Of a DNA stretch of 21,625 nt, positions 7,641 to 17,014 are shown piece after piece; the first letter of the stretch is position 1; each line of letters starts with the position of its first letter. A model generated the notes under the pieces. It was not told where the DNA came from, searched no databases, and was given only the letters and a program-made list of their open reading frames with translations. Origin of the DNA: Polyangiales bacterium (lineage in GTDB: Bacteria > Myxococcota_A > Polyangia > Polyangiales > Polyangiaceae); NCBI GenBank assembly GCA_038230375.1, contig JBBRNJ010000118.1, positions 1 to 21,625 of the forward strand, given 5' to 3'. The position numbers were made by a program, and so were the translations under genes.

Positions 7641-8603
7641 TCACTTGATGTTGTAGTCGAGGTTCATGTTCGAGCCGCGGCGGTTCACGCCCACGACGAG
7701 CTTGTCCGCGGTGCGGAGGCGCGCGTACGCCTCGAGCGCTTTTTCGGGGCTCGCCATGTCGAAGCCGTTGATCGTCTGTAGACGATCGCCGTTCTCCATG
7801 CCGAGCGTGCCGAGGAGCGTGTCCGGCCTGATGCCGTACATCTTGATGCCGACGGTCTTGCCGTTCTCCATCTCGGGGACGATGCGCGCCTGGCGCATCA
7901 GGTCCGCCTGGTTCTCCAGGATCTTGTCGACGACGCCGCGGTCGATGTTGAACTCCGTCGCGCTCACACGGACGATGCCCTTCGCGATCGACGGGTCGAG
8001 GCCGGGCGCTCCGCCCGTGGTGGGCCTGGCGGCGACGGGAGGAGGCGCGACCTCGGCCGGCTTGACGGGTTCCTTGGAGAAGAGCGTCGCCTGGCAGATG
8101 CTGCCGGCGTTCTCGAACCACACGCGGTCCCAGCCGATGAAGTAGACCTTCTTGCCGAATGCCTCACCGCCGCGACGACGCAGCACGCTCTTCGTGTCCG
8201 CGCCGCCGCCGGAGAGCGCGGTGAACGACCAGTTGTCGTCCGACGATGCGGCGATCACGAGGACCTTCACGCCGTCGCACGTGGGCGCAGCCATCGGATC
8301 GGTGAGGTCCGGCTCCTTGCCCGGCGCGACGGCCTCGCTGACGGGCGGCGGACGCAGCGTGCCCGTCACGTGATCGAACAGATTGCGCGAGAGGATCGCG
8401 TCGGCACTCGTGGAGCGCCCGTTGGCCGCAGACATGGGAGCGATCTTCATCTGTGGCGGCGGCGCGGAGAGCTGCTTCTCGTCCGGCACGAAGCCAATGC
8501 CCACGAGCTGCGTCGCGCCCTGCGCGTGCAGGTACGCCGTGATCCCGATCACCGGGAAGAACACGACCCAGAAGTTTCGCTTGAGCCATTGATCGAAGAA
8601 CAT
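7641..8603 (-). CDS. gspC: Type II secretion protein GspC with C-terminal PDZ domain (320 aa)
   Basis: N-terminal TM segment, ILSRNLFD motif, HR-like domain, and a PDZ-like end (GIKMYGIRPDTLLGTLGMENGDRLQTINGF). First gene before gspD. Confidence 0.9.
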   Translation of the reverse strand: MFFDQWLKRNFWVVFFPVIGITAYLHAQGATQLVGIGFVPDEKQLSAPPPQMKIAPMSAANGRSTSADAILSRNLFDHVTGTLRPPPVSEAVAPGKEPDLTDPMAAPTCDGVKVLVIAASSDDNWSFTALSGGGADTKSVLRRRGGEAFGKKVYFIGWDRVWFENAGSICQATLFSKEPVKPAEVAPPPVAARPTTGGAPGLDPSIAKGIVRVSATEFNIDRGVVDKILENQADLMRQARIVPEMENGKTVGIKMYGIRPDTLLGTLGMENGDRLQTINGFDMASPEKALEAYARLRTADKLVVGVNRRGSNMNLDYNIK

Positions 8604-8619
8604 GAACCGTCCGTCACGC

Positions 8620-8635
8620 TACAAGGCGCGTGCCA
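8620..8635 (-). promoter_or_regulatory. Candidate sigma-54 (-24/-12) promoter for the gsp operon
   Basis: The minus strand reads TGGCACGCGCCTTGTA against consensus TGGCAC-N5-TTGCW: exact spacing, one mismatch (-12 C to T). Confidence 0.6.
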
Positions 8636-8678
8636 TAGGGCTTATTTCATTCTTCTTCGTGGTTTACAACGCCTACCG

Positions 8679-8735
8679 CAAGGGTGTTCAGGACACCTTG
8701 TCAGGTCGCACGGCGCCGGCTTGCCAGAATGACAA
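8679..8735. promoter_or_regulatory. Two imperfect inverted repeats, candidate enhancer-binding-protein sites
   Basis: CAAGGGTGT-TCAGG-ACACCTTG (8679-8700) and TTGCCA-GAA-TGACAA (8721-8735), about 70-125 bp upstream of the start predicted from the sigma-54 motif. Confidence 0.35.
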
Positions 8736-8757
8736 TCGCGGCGGGACCGCTGACAGC

Positions 8758-10137
8758 TCAGGGCTTGTGTCGGCCGAAGATCGCGAGTGTTCCTGCCGCG
8801 GCGAGCACGAAGACCACGATCGCGATGACCCACGGCCAGAGCCCAGACTTCTGCATGGGCACGTCGGCTGGAGGAACGGAGGCGAGCTGCGGTCGCTGCG
8901 TCGGGCCGGCATCTGCGGGCGCGGCCGCTCGCTGACTCCCCGCGGAGGTTCGTGCGTCGCCGCGACGTCCGTCGAGGCGTGCGTCCAACGGAAGTGTTCG
9001 TACCGCAGCCGGCGCTGGCTCCACCTTCGCGGGGCGCTTCGGCGCATGCGTCATCGGCAGCGTCGCCTCGATGCTCTTCGCGCCCTCTGCCATGGCGAGG
9101 GTCCCGCCCTTGCCTCCAGCCGCTCCGAATGCCTCCGCGCGTCGACGCGCTTCGTTCATGGCGTCCTGCACGCCCGCAGGCACGGGGTCCACGAGCGTGG
9201 GGCCGCTGTTCTCGGGCGCGATCGCCGCCGCCTCGAGCTCGTCCCAGAATTCGCCCGCGTCCTTCCAACGCTCCTTCGGATCGAGCGCCACCGCCTTGAT
9301 GAACACGCGCTCCACCGCGCTCGGCAGGGCGATCCCGAGGGAGCTCGGCGACGGCGACGCGAACCGCGGGTCGATCGCGCGAAGCATCCCTTCCATCAGG
9401 TTGGAGACCTCACGCACCTTCTTGCCGCTCATCATCTCCATCAGGACGAACGCGAACGAGTAGACGTCCGTGGCCGGCGACAGCGCGCCGAGCTCGCGCG
9501 AGAACTGCTCCGGCGCGCCGTATGCGGGCGAGCATACGAACACGTGGCTCGCGGTCGGCTGCGCCTCGGGCTTCATGAACGTGTCGGGCGCGAGGATCTT
9601 GGCGAGCCCGAAATCCAGCACCTTCACGCGCTTCCCGTCGCGCGTCTCTGCCACGAACAGGTTGGACGGCTTCACGTCGCGGTGGACCACGCCCTCGGCA
9701 TGAGCATGGGCCAGCGCGCGCGCGGCGGACGTCATCCACTTCATCGTCTCTTCGAACGTGAACGGCGGAAGGTCGTTGTTCTTGCGCGCGTTCATCTCCA
9801 CGGTCAGCGTGCGACCGTCGAGCCACTCGAGCACCATGTACGGGACGGTCATGCCGTGCGGCGTCACGAGCGTGCCGCTCGAGATGCTGCGCACAATGTC
9901 GAGACTGCCCTGCGAGAGCCTGTAGGCGATCTTTGTCTCGTCGCGAAAGCGGCTCTCGAACGAGCCCAGCTCCGAGTTGCCACCGGCGATCTTCAGGCAC
10001 TTGATCGCGACGGGCTCGTCCATGCCAAGGTGACGGCCGCGGTAGACGTAGCCGAAGCCGCCTTCGTCGACGAGCGCGTCGAAGCGGAGGTTCTGCAGTG
10101 TCTGCCCAACGAGCGCGAAGGTGTCCTTGGCCGCCAT
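8758..10137 (-). CDS. Hanks-type Ser/Thr protein kinase with C-terminal membrane anchor (459 aa)
   Basis: Start MAAKDTF at 10137. Motifs EGGFGYVY, VAIK, HRDVKPSN, DFG, APEQ, DVYS. An Ala/Pro linker leads to TM helix WPWVIAIVVFVLAAAGTLAIF. Confidence 0.93.
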   Translation of the reverse strand: MAAKDTFALVGQTLQNLRFDALVDEGGFGYVYRGRHLGMDEPVAIKCLKIAGGNSELGSFESRFRDETKIAYRLSQGSLDIVRSISSGTLVTPHGMTVPYMVLEWLDGRTLTVEMNARKNNDLPPFTFEETMKWMTSAARALAHAHAEGVVHRDVKPSNLFVAETRDGKRVKVLDFGLAKILAPDTFMKPEAQPTASHVFVCSPAYGAPEQFSRELGALSPATDVYSFAFVLMEMMSGKKVREVSNLMEGMLRAIDPRFASPSPSSLGIALPSAVERVFIKAVALDPKERWKDAGEFWDELEAAAIAPENSGPTLVDPVPAGVQDAMNEARRRAEAFGAAGGKGGTLAMAEGAKSIEATLPMTHAPKRPAKVEPAPAAVRTLPLDARLDGRRGDARTSAGSQRAAAPADAGPTQRPQLASVPPADVPMQKSGLWPWVIAIVVFVLAAAGTLAIFGRHKP

Positions 10138-10148
10138 CCCCGTGCCGA

Positions 10149-10889
10149 CTATAGCGCCTTTGGCTTGGACACTGTCACTCCACCCGCGAGCTTCGCGAGC
10201 AGCGCGGCGACATCCGACAGGACTGGCGGCGGAATGGCGTGCCCGCCACGGAACGCCCGGAACTGGACTGTGACGCCGGCCTTCAAGAGCTCGCCCTCCA
10301 GGTGCTTTGCGATGGAGAACGGCAGGATCGGGTCGTCCTCGCCGTGGCTCATGTAGACGGGCAGATCCTTGCGCGACGCCATCAGCGGGAGCCACTCGTT
10401 CTCGCAGATGAGGGTGCCGGACCAGATGACAAGCGCCGCGAAGGGACGCGGATCTCGAAGCGCGACATCGGTGGCGAGCATGGCGCCCTGCGAGAAGCCG
10501 CCGAGCACGATGCGCTCGCTCCCGATGCCCTCCGCGGCGAGCGCGTCCAGCAGCGAGAGCAATGCAGCGCGGGACGCAGCCAACCCCTCTGGCACCTCGC
10601 GCGACATGTCGCGCGCGTCGCCGCCGCGCATCGCCTTCTCCAGCCGCTCCATGTCGATCGGCCACCACGCGCGTGCCGGTCCCACGAGCGCCTGCGGCAT
10701 GCCGAGCACCTCTGCGAGCGAGAGACGTGCCTCAGGAAACACGAAGTGCGTGCCCGACGGCGCGGGGAGCGCGCGACCGATCGGCACGAGGTCGTCGCCG
10801 GGCGCACCGAAGCCGTGGCAGAGCACGACGACGAGGCCGTCCTTGTTTGCACCCAGGCGCCGCACGGTGAGCTCTCCGAGCTTGTCCAT
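10149..10889 (-). CDS. Phospholipase/carboxylesterase (alpha/beta hydrolase, 246 aa)
   Basis: Start MDKLGEL at 10889. Oxyanion HGFGAPG, nucleophile GFSQG, HGEDD (Asp) and GGH (His). Confidence 0.9.
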   Translation of the reverse strand: MDKLGELTVRRLGANKDGLVVVLCHGFGAPGDDLVPIGRALPAPSGTHFVFPEARLSLAEVLGMPQALVGPARAWWPIDMERLEKAMRGGDARDMSREVPEGLAASRAALLSLLDALAAEGIGSERIVLGGFSQGAMLATDVALRDPRPFAALVIWSGTLICENEWLPLMASRKDLPVYMSHGEDDPILPFSIAKHLEGELLKAGVTVQFRAFRGGHAIPPPVLSDVAALLAKLAGGVTVSKPKAL

Positions 10890-10959
10890 CGCGCAACGGT
10901 GTAGCTCGCGGCGGCCGTCGCTGGCAACGGTGGTGTCGTCGGTGCTACGAGACGGGTGC

Positions 10960-11550
10960 ATGACCACCACGCCCACCGCCGGCACCCGCGTCTTCGCCAT
11001 CAGCGGCAGCCTGCGCAAAGCCTCGTTCAACTCTGCGCTCGTGCGCGCGGCCGTGGAGCTGGCGCCGGAGGACGTCACGTTCGACGTCTATGACGAGCTG
11101 CGCGACATTCCGCCCTTCGACGACGACGTGCGCATCGCGGGGCTCCCCGCATCCGTCCAGCGACTGGGCGCCCGCCTGCTGGCGGCCGACGCCGTGGTGA
11201 TCGCCATGCCCGAGTACAACTACTCGCTGCCCGGGGTGCTGAAGAACGCCATCGACTGGGCGTCGCGCATCCCCCCCTCTCCATTCGCCGGCAAGGCGCT
11301 CGGCATCATGGGCGCATCCCCGGGCTCCTACGGGACCGCGCGCTCGCAGTACCACCTGCGTCAGATCGCCGTGTTCCTGGACATGCACCCGATCAACAAA
11401 CCAGAGGTCATGGTGACGCGCGCTGGCGACAAGTTCGACGCAAACGGCCACCTCACGGACGAGGCCACGCGCACGGTCGTGGCGTCATTCGTGGTGGCGC
11501 TGCGCGACTGGTCGCTCTGCCTCCGTTCGGTGAAAGGCGGAACCGGTTGA
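10960..11550 (+). CDS. NADPH-dependent FMN reductase (flavodoxin-like, ChrR/SsuE family, 196 aa)
   Basis: ATG at 10960. Motifs ISGSLRKASFN, PEYNYSLPGVLKNAIDWASR and GTARSQYHLRQ. Confidence 0.93.
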   Translation: MTTTPTAGTRVFAISGSLRKASFNSALVRAAVELAPEDVTFDVYDELRDIPPFDDDVRIAGLPASVQRLGARLLAADAVVIAMPEYNYSLPGVLKNAIDWASRIPPSPFAGKALGIMGASPGSYGTARSQYHLRQIAVFLDMHPINKPEVMVTRAGDKFDANGHLTDEATRTVVASFVVALRDWSLCLRSVKGGTG

Positions 11551-12278
11551 TCGAGCCCATACTCTTCTCGGCGGCGCAGGTGCACACGTTCGTCGGTGCG
11601 CAGCAGCTCACCAACGCCAGCGGGTTCTTTTTCGAGCGCGACGGGCGCCTCTACCTTGTGACCAGCGGCCACGTGATGCGCGACGTCGTCAGCGGTCACC
11701 TTCCCGATCGGCTCGAGATCGGGCTTCATATCGATGCGGCGAACGTGGCTGCCTGTACTGGCTTTTCGATCCCCCTCTCCAAGGCGGGTGCGCCGCTGTT
11801 CCGACAGACCTCGGACCGCGGCGGGGACATCGACGTGGCGGTGATCGAGCTCGATCGCACGGCCTTCCCCGCGACCGCTGTCCATCGCGCGTTCACGCCG
11901 GCGCACCTGCCCGCGCCTGGCGAGCATGTGGAGCTCGGGAGCTCGCTGCTCGTCGTCGGCTTCCCTCTTGGGTTCCAGGACACGCTGCATCAGATGCCCG
12001 TCGTGCGACATGCGATCGTCGCATCATCGTTCGGACTGCGCTTCGACGGGCGCGGCTACTTCCTCACGGACGCGCGCACGCACCGAGGGACCAGCGGCGC
12101 GCCGGTCGTCATGCGCGTCACCGGGCGCAAGGGTGTTCCTCCGGACATGCCGTGGCTGCTGCTCGGCATCCACTCCGCGCGGCTGGACGTGGGCACGCGC
12201 GATCTCGCACGCGACGAGGCGCTCGGCCTCAACTCCGCGTGGTACGCCGACGTGCTGATGTCGCTGACCCACGCTTGA
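11547..12278 (+). CDS. Trypsin-like serine protease without signal peptide (243 aa)
   Basis: Triad motifs YLVTSGHV (His), DIDVAVIEL (Asp) and GTSGAPV (Ser), plus VVGFPLG. The TTG start overlaps the upstream stop (TTGA). Confidence 0.85.
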   Translation: MIEPILFSAAQVHTFVGAQQLTNASGFFFERDGRLYLVTSGHVMRDVVSGHLPDRLEIGLHIDAANVAACTGFSIPLSKAGAPLFRQTSDRGGDIDVAVIELDRTAFPATAVHRAFTPAHLPAPGEHVELGSSLLVVGFPLGFQDTLHQMPVVRHAIVASSFGLRFDGRGYFLTDARTHRGTSGAPVVMRVTGRKGVPPDMPWLLLGIHSARLDVGTRDLARDEALGLNSAWYADVLMSLTHA

Positions 12279-12283
12279 GGCCC

Positions 12284-12305
12284 CGTGGGGCGCCCTGGCT
12301 CCACG
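12284..12305. terminator. Possible hairpin between convergent genes
   Basis: CGTGGGGC-GCCCTG-GCTCCACG forms an 8-bp stem with one G-U pair in the 36-bp gap. There is no U tract, so the call is weak. Confidence 0.2.
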
Positions 12306-12314
12306 CGGCAGTAC

Positions 12315-13727
<1,413 letters not shown>

Positions 13728-13752
13728 GTCTTCTGCGTCCGCCTGGTCCGGG

Positions 13753-14310
13753 TCACCGCACGAGCTTGGAGAGGATCTTGAAGTCCTCGGTGCCGGCGCG
13801 CTCGAGGAGATCGAAGACCACGCTCTCGGCGTTGGTGACGACAGCCCCCGCGCGCTCTGCGAGGGAGAGCCCGGAGAGCCTATTTTCTTCGGTTCGTGAG
13901 GCAACTGCATCGGAAACAACGTAGGTCGCGACTCCACGCTCGACGAACGAGCGCGCGGTCTGGAACACGCAGACGTGCGCCTCCATTCCGACGATGACCA
14001 CCGCGGTGGGTCGGTCCGTGAACGCAGCTTTGTGGAACGGATCATCCGAGATCGCGTCGAAGGTGAGCTTCGCCAGCGGCGTCACCTTCATGGTGTCGAG
14101 AATGTCGCGCACCTCGGGGATGGTCGCGCCGAGCCCCTTCGGATACTGCTCGCTCGCGAGCACGCGCATCGACAGCCGCTCAGCGGTCCGGAGCAGGAGC
14201 GACGTGTTCTTCACGACGCGCCCCATCGGTTCAACGGGCACGGCCGAGGCGAGCCGCTCCTGGATGTCGACGATCACGAGCAACGTGTTCTTCGGTTCGA
14301 GACGTTTCAC
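13753..14310 (-). CDS. Isochorismatase-family cysteine hydrolase (YcaC/ISOC-like, 185 aa)
   Basis: IVDIQERL, SEQYPKGLGAT, KLTF, GMEAHVCVFQT and DAVASR; the D-K-C triad is present. Confidence 0.92.
   Translation of the reverse strand: MKRLEPKNTLLVIVDIQERLASAVPVEPMGRVVKNTSLLLRTAERLSMRVLASEQYPKGLGATIPEVRDILDTMKVTPLAKLTFDAISDDPFHKAAFTDRPTAVVIVGMEAHVCVFQTARSFVERGVATYVVSDAVASRTEENRLSGLSLAERAGAVVTNAESVVFDLLERAGTEDFKILSKLVR
13877..13904 (-). promoter_or_regulatory. Candidate internal sigma-70-type promoter for the sigma-54 activator gene
   Basis: The minus strand reads TTGCCT-N16-TAGGCT inside a patch of atypical A/T-ending codons, about 150 bp upstream of the ATG at 13727. Confidence 0.35.
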
Positions 14311-14783
14311 GTGTGGCCCTCGACCGGTTCCATGGGAGTGCCCCGCGTGAGGCGAAGGCTCTTCATCGTGGTCCAGAGCTCCGCGCGCACGTCCAGGGCG
14401 ACCTCCCCGGAGCCGACCTCGTGGTCGTCTCCCTCGTAGAGCAAGAAGGGCAGCTTCGTCAGCGAGCCGACGGGCGAGATGATCATGAAGTCCTTCTGGC
14501 CGAGGATGCGCATGCCGACGCCCGCGTCGCTCTGGAAGCGGAAGTCATAGCGGATGCGCTGCTCCTTGCCCCAGTGCACCAGGACGGCACCCTTGTGCGG
14601 GGCAGAGGTCGCGATCCCTTCGATGTCGACCGTGCCGGACAGCGAGAGGGTCTTCTTCTCGAACGCCTCGGGGATGAGCGAGAAGTGGAAGTCGAAGAGC
14701 GCATGGACGTCACGCACGCGCAGGGGTTCGTCATGAAGATGGAGCGACCCATGGGTGCGCTCGCGAAAGCCGAGTGAGAACAC
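14307..14783 (-). CDS. Hypothetical protein (158 aa), probably beta-rich
   Basis: GTG start with a GGGAG RBS, 7 nt after the ferredoxin stop. The stop overlaps the isochorismatase start (GTGA). Composition is protein-like. Confidence 0.75.
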   Translation of the reverse strand: MFSLGFRERTHGSLHLHDEPLRVRDVHALFDFHFSLIPEAFEKKTLSLSGTVDIEGIATSAPHKGAVLVHWGKEQRIRYDFRFQSDAGVGMRILGQKDFMIISPVGSLTKLPFLLYEGDDHEVGSGEVALDVRAELWTTMKSLRLTRGTPMEPVEGHT

Positions 14784-14790
14784 CGCTCCC

Positions 14791-15144
14791 CTATGCCTTC
14801 CCTGGGAGCGCCGGCGCGGACGGGTCGTGAACGGCCCGGTGATGTACGAGCCTCTCGACGACCGTCCCTGCCACCATGGCGTCCGCGAGCTCGTCGATGT
14901 CAGCCTCCGTCACCTTCGCGTACGTGACGTGCGTTGGCTCGTCGGCGATGGAGATTCCCTCCTCGCACAGGTCGAGGCATGTGCTGCCGCACGCACGAAA
15001 GCGCCCCTGGACACCGCGGGTGAGAAGCGCGGCCTTCAGCTTCTTCAGCACCTCTTCGGAGCCCTTCTGCGCGCACGATCCCTTGGGATTCGTGGGCTCG
15101 CGGCGATTGGTGCAAACGAAGAGGTAGCGCTCTCTGTGGGGCAT
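14791..15144 (-). CDS. Thioredoxin-like [2Fe-2S] ferredoxin (117 aa)
   Basis: Start MPHRERYLFVCTNRR at 15144. Four Cys in the FVCTN...GSC...CLDLCEEG pattern, plus YAKVTEADIDEL. Confidence 0.9.
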   Translation of the reverse strand: MPHRERYLFVCTNRREPTNPKGSCAQKGSEEVLKKLKAALLTRGVQGRFRACGSTCLDLCEEGISIADEPTHVTYAKVTEADIDELADAMVAGTVVERLVHHRAVHDPSAPALPGKA

Positions 15145-15240
15145 GGCGAAGCACCTTATATACGGCGCAGCGCCGACGCGGCAACGTGCCTGTGCGCCTT
15201 TCACTTGCGAAAGCGGCGCCGGGGCCTGATGCTCCCGCGC

Positions 15241-16263
15241 ATGAAGACGCGCCGCACCACCACCGTTCTGTCGCTCGCTGCATCCAGCGCCCTCGCCGCC
15301 TTCATCGCGTGCGGTCCGAACCAGGACAACCTGCCGCCGCCGCCGCCGCCGCCGCTCCCCCCGCCGTCATCGCTCGCGCAGGCTACGCCGCCGAACATGG
15401 GCGCGGACTCAGGCTCGGGCGCAAGCACGCCGAAGGCCGAAGAGAAGCCGATCACGCTCACCGTGGGCCCGAAGGGCGAAGAGCCGCCGAAGCCCACGCC
15501 GATCGTCAAGATCGTCGCGCCCACGAAGGACCAGGTCGTCGCTGCGGACAAAGCGGCGGAGCTCGTCATCAAGCTCGATGTGAAGAACTGGGCGACGGCC
15601 GCTGGCAGCTCCCACGTGCACCTGATCCTGGACAACAAGCCTTACAAGCGCATCGACGATCCGAAGCTCCCCGTCACCATGAACGAGCTCACGGGCGGCG
15701 AGGCGATCGCCGAGGGACAGCACGTGCTGGTCGCCTTCGCGAGCCGCGGCAGCCACGAGTCCGTGAAGACCAAGGACGCGATCTTCGTGACGCAGTTCTT
15801 CGTAGGCAAGAAAGGCGAGACACCCACGGATCTGAAGAAGCCGCTCCTCGTCTACAGCCGCCCCAAGGGCGAGTACAAGGGCGCCACCGCGAACCACATC
15901 ATCGTGGACTTCCAGCTGTGGAACGCGGAGCTCGGGGAGAAGAAGAACAAGGTCAACGTCACCATCACCGGCCCCGGCATCGACTCTCCGCTCATCCAGA
16001 AGATGACGGAGTTCGGCACGCCGCTCTATCTCGACAACGCGCGCAACGGAAACTACAGCGTCAAGCTGGAGCTCCTGGACGCGGACGACAAGGCGGTGGC
16101 TGGACCGTGGAACACCACAACGCGAGGCATCTCCGTCGATCGCGACGCGATCAGCGACATGGCCTCCATGGGACACGGCGGCATGGACATGGGCGACGCG
16201 GGCGCTCCTGCGGACGCGGGCGCGAAGAAGGCAGCGGCAAAGGACGCGGGCGCGAAGAAGTAG
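15241..16263 (+). CDS. Lipoprotein with poly-Pro linker, His-containing beta-sandwich-like domains and Met-rich tail (340 aa)
   Basis: MKTRRTTTVLSLAASSALAAFIA|C lipobox, poly-Pro stretch, SHVHLILDN, GQHVLVAFASRGSHESVK, and C-terminal DMASMGHGGMDMG followed by DAG repeats. Confidence 0.85.
   Translation: MKTRRTTTVLSLAASSALAAFIACGPNQDNLPPPPPPPLPPPSSLAQATPPNMGADSGSGASTPKAEEKPITLTVGPKGEEPPKPTPIVKIVAPTKDQVVAADKAAELVIKLDVKNWATAAGSSHVHLILDNKPYKRIDDPKLPVTMNELTGGEAIAEGQHVLVAFASRGSHESVKTKDAIFVTQFFVGKKGETPTDLKKPLLVYSRPKGEYKGATANHIIVDFQLWNAELGEKKNKVNVTITGPGIDSPLIQKMTEFGTPLYLDNARNGNYSVKLELLDADDKAVAGPWNTTTRGISVDRDAISDMASMGHGGMDMGDAGAPADAGAKKAAAKDAGAKK
16212..16260 (+). repeat. 19-bp direct repeat encoding DAGAKK
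   Basis: GGACGCGGGCGCGAAGAAG at 16212-16230 and 16242-16260. Confidence 0.85.
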
Positions 16264-16269
16264 TGGCGG

Positions 16270-16695
16270 TCACCTGATGGTGACGGTGCTCTTGTACATG
16301 CCCATCCCGCACTGAAAGCTGAGGGTGCGGGCGTCGGCCGTGGGCACGTCGATCGCGACGGCCTCGTTCAGGGGCAGTGCCTTCTTCAGATCGAGCTCGG
16401 GGAACACGACCTCCTTCGCGCACGTCTTGTCCGACGTCCGCGTGAAGATGAGCTGCGCGTGCTCTCCCTTCTTGAAGGTGGCGGAGCTGGGCGTGAAGCC
16501 ATCGCCGTCGACCTTCACCGCGATGATGGCGATGCCGGCCGCACCAGGCGCAGATGAGGCGGCGAGCGTGGGCGCAAGGACTGTACTGAGGCTCGCGGCG
16601 GGTGGGGCGTTGCTGCTGCTGCTGTCAGGCTTGCACGCGAGCATGGAGAGCGAGCTCAGTGTGACGAAGAGGAGCACACGTCGGTCTGTGATCAT
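16270..16695 (-). CDS. Cupredoxin-domain lipoprotein, CupA-like (141 aa; alternative ATG at 16713)
   Basis: MITDRRVLLFVTLSSLSMLA|C lipobox, GFTPS, TCAKEVVFP and FQCGMGMY: the Cys...Cys-x-Met-x-Met pattern of CupA-type cupredoxins. Confidence 0.85.
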   Translation of the reverse strand: MITDRRVLLFVTLSSLSMLACKPDSSSSNAPPAASLSTVLAPTLAASSAPGAAGIAIIAVKVDGDGFTPSSATFKKGEHAQLIFTRTSDKTCAKEVVFPELDLKKALPLNEAVAIDVPTADARTLSFQCGMGMYKSTVTIR

Positions 16696-16878
16696 GGCGG
16701 TCCATCGTTGCATGGGGATGACGCGATCGACAACGACGACGACCCCGACCTCGACCCTCTCTGCCGGAACCGTGAACGTCCTGGTGCGCGCGCCATTCCC
16801 CCCGCCCCTTTCTTCCTTCCTGTCCGACCGCCACGGAAAAGTGCGTAGTTTCGTGGAATCCTTGCCCCTACGTGACCC

Positions 16879-16907
16879 ATAATTAATCAAACTAAAGCTG
16901 ATTTAAT
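16879..16907. promoter_or_regulatory. AT-rich inverted-repeat element in a divergent intergenic region
   Basis: ATAATTAATCAAACTAAAGCTGATTTAAT contains AATCA-N9-TGATT and is strikingly AT-rich for this window. Confidence 0.5.
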
Positions 16908-17014
16908 CGCGAGCTGTTCGTCCACGCAGTAGACCCCAACCCGTTCCGCGAGCAGGCGTTCTGCTGCGGTCGTGTGCTCGTCATTGGGCCTTCGGGCCAT
17001 ATGGGGTCTTTTGC

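Noticed and set aside
1473..7648. Long + strand ORFs (553, 849 and 426 aa) opposite gspF, gspE and gspD
   Set aside because: Antisense shadow frames expected in high-GC coding DNA; no motifs, and they overlap well-supported genes.
168..8603. Type IV pilus or Tad system instead of T2SS
   Set aside because: The order C-D-E-F-G-H, a GspC with PDZ, a GspD-type secretin and GspG motifs fit T2SS. No PilT, PilMNOP or Tad genes are visible.
8602..10356. 584-aa + strand ORF
   Set aside because: Antisense to the kinase, Arg/His-rich shadow composition, no domain recognised.
16850..17014. Sigma-54 promoter for the giant lipoprotein operon
   Set aside because: The GG...GC candidates I found (e.g. TGGAATCCTTGC) have 7-9 nt spacing rather than the required 10.
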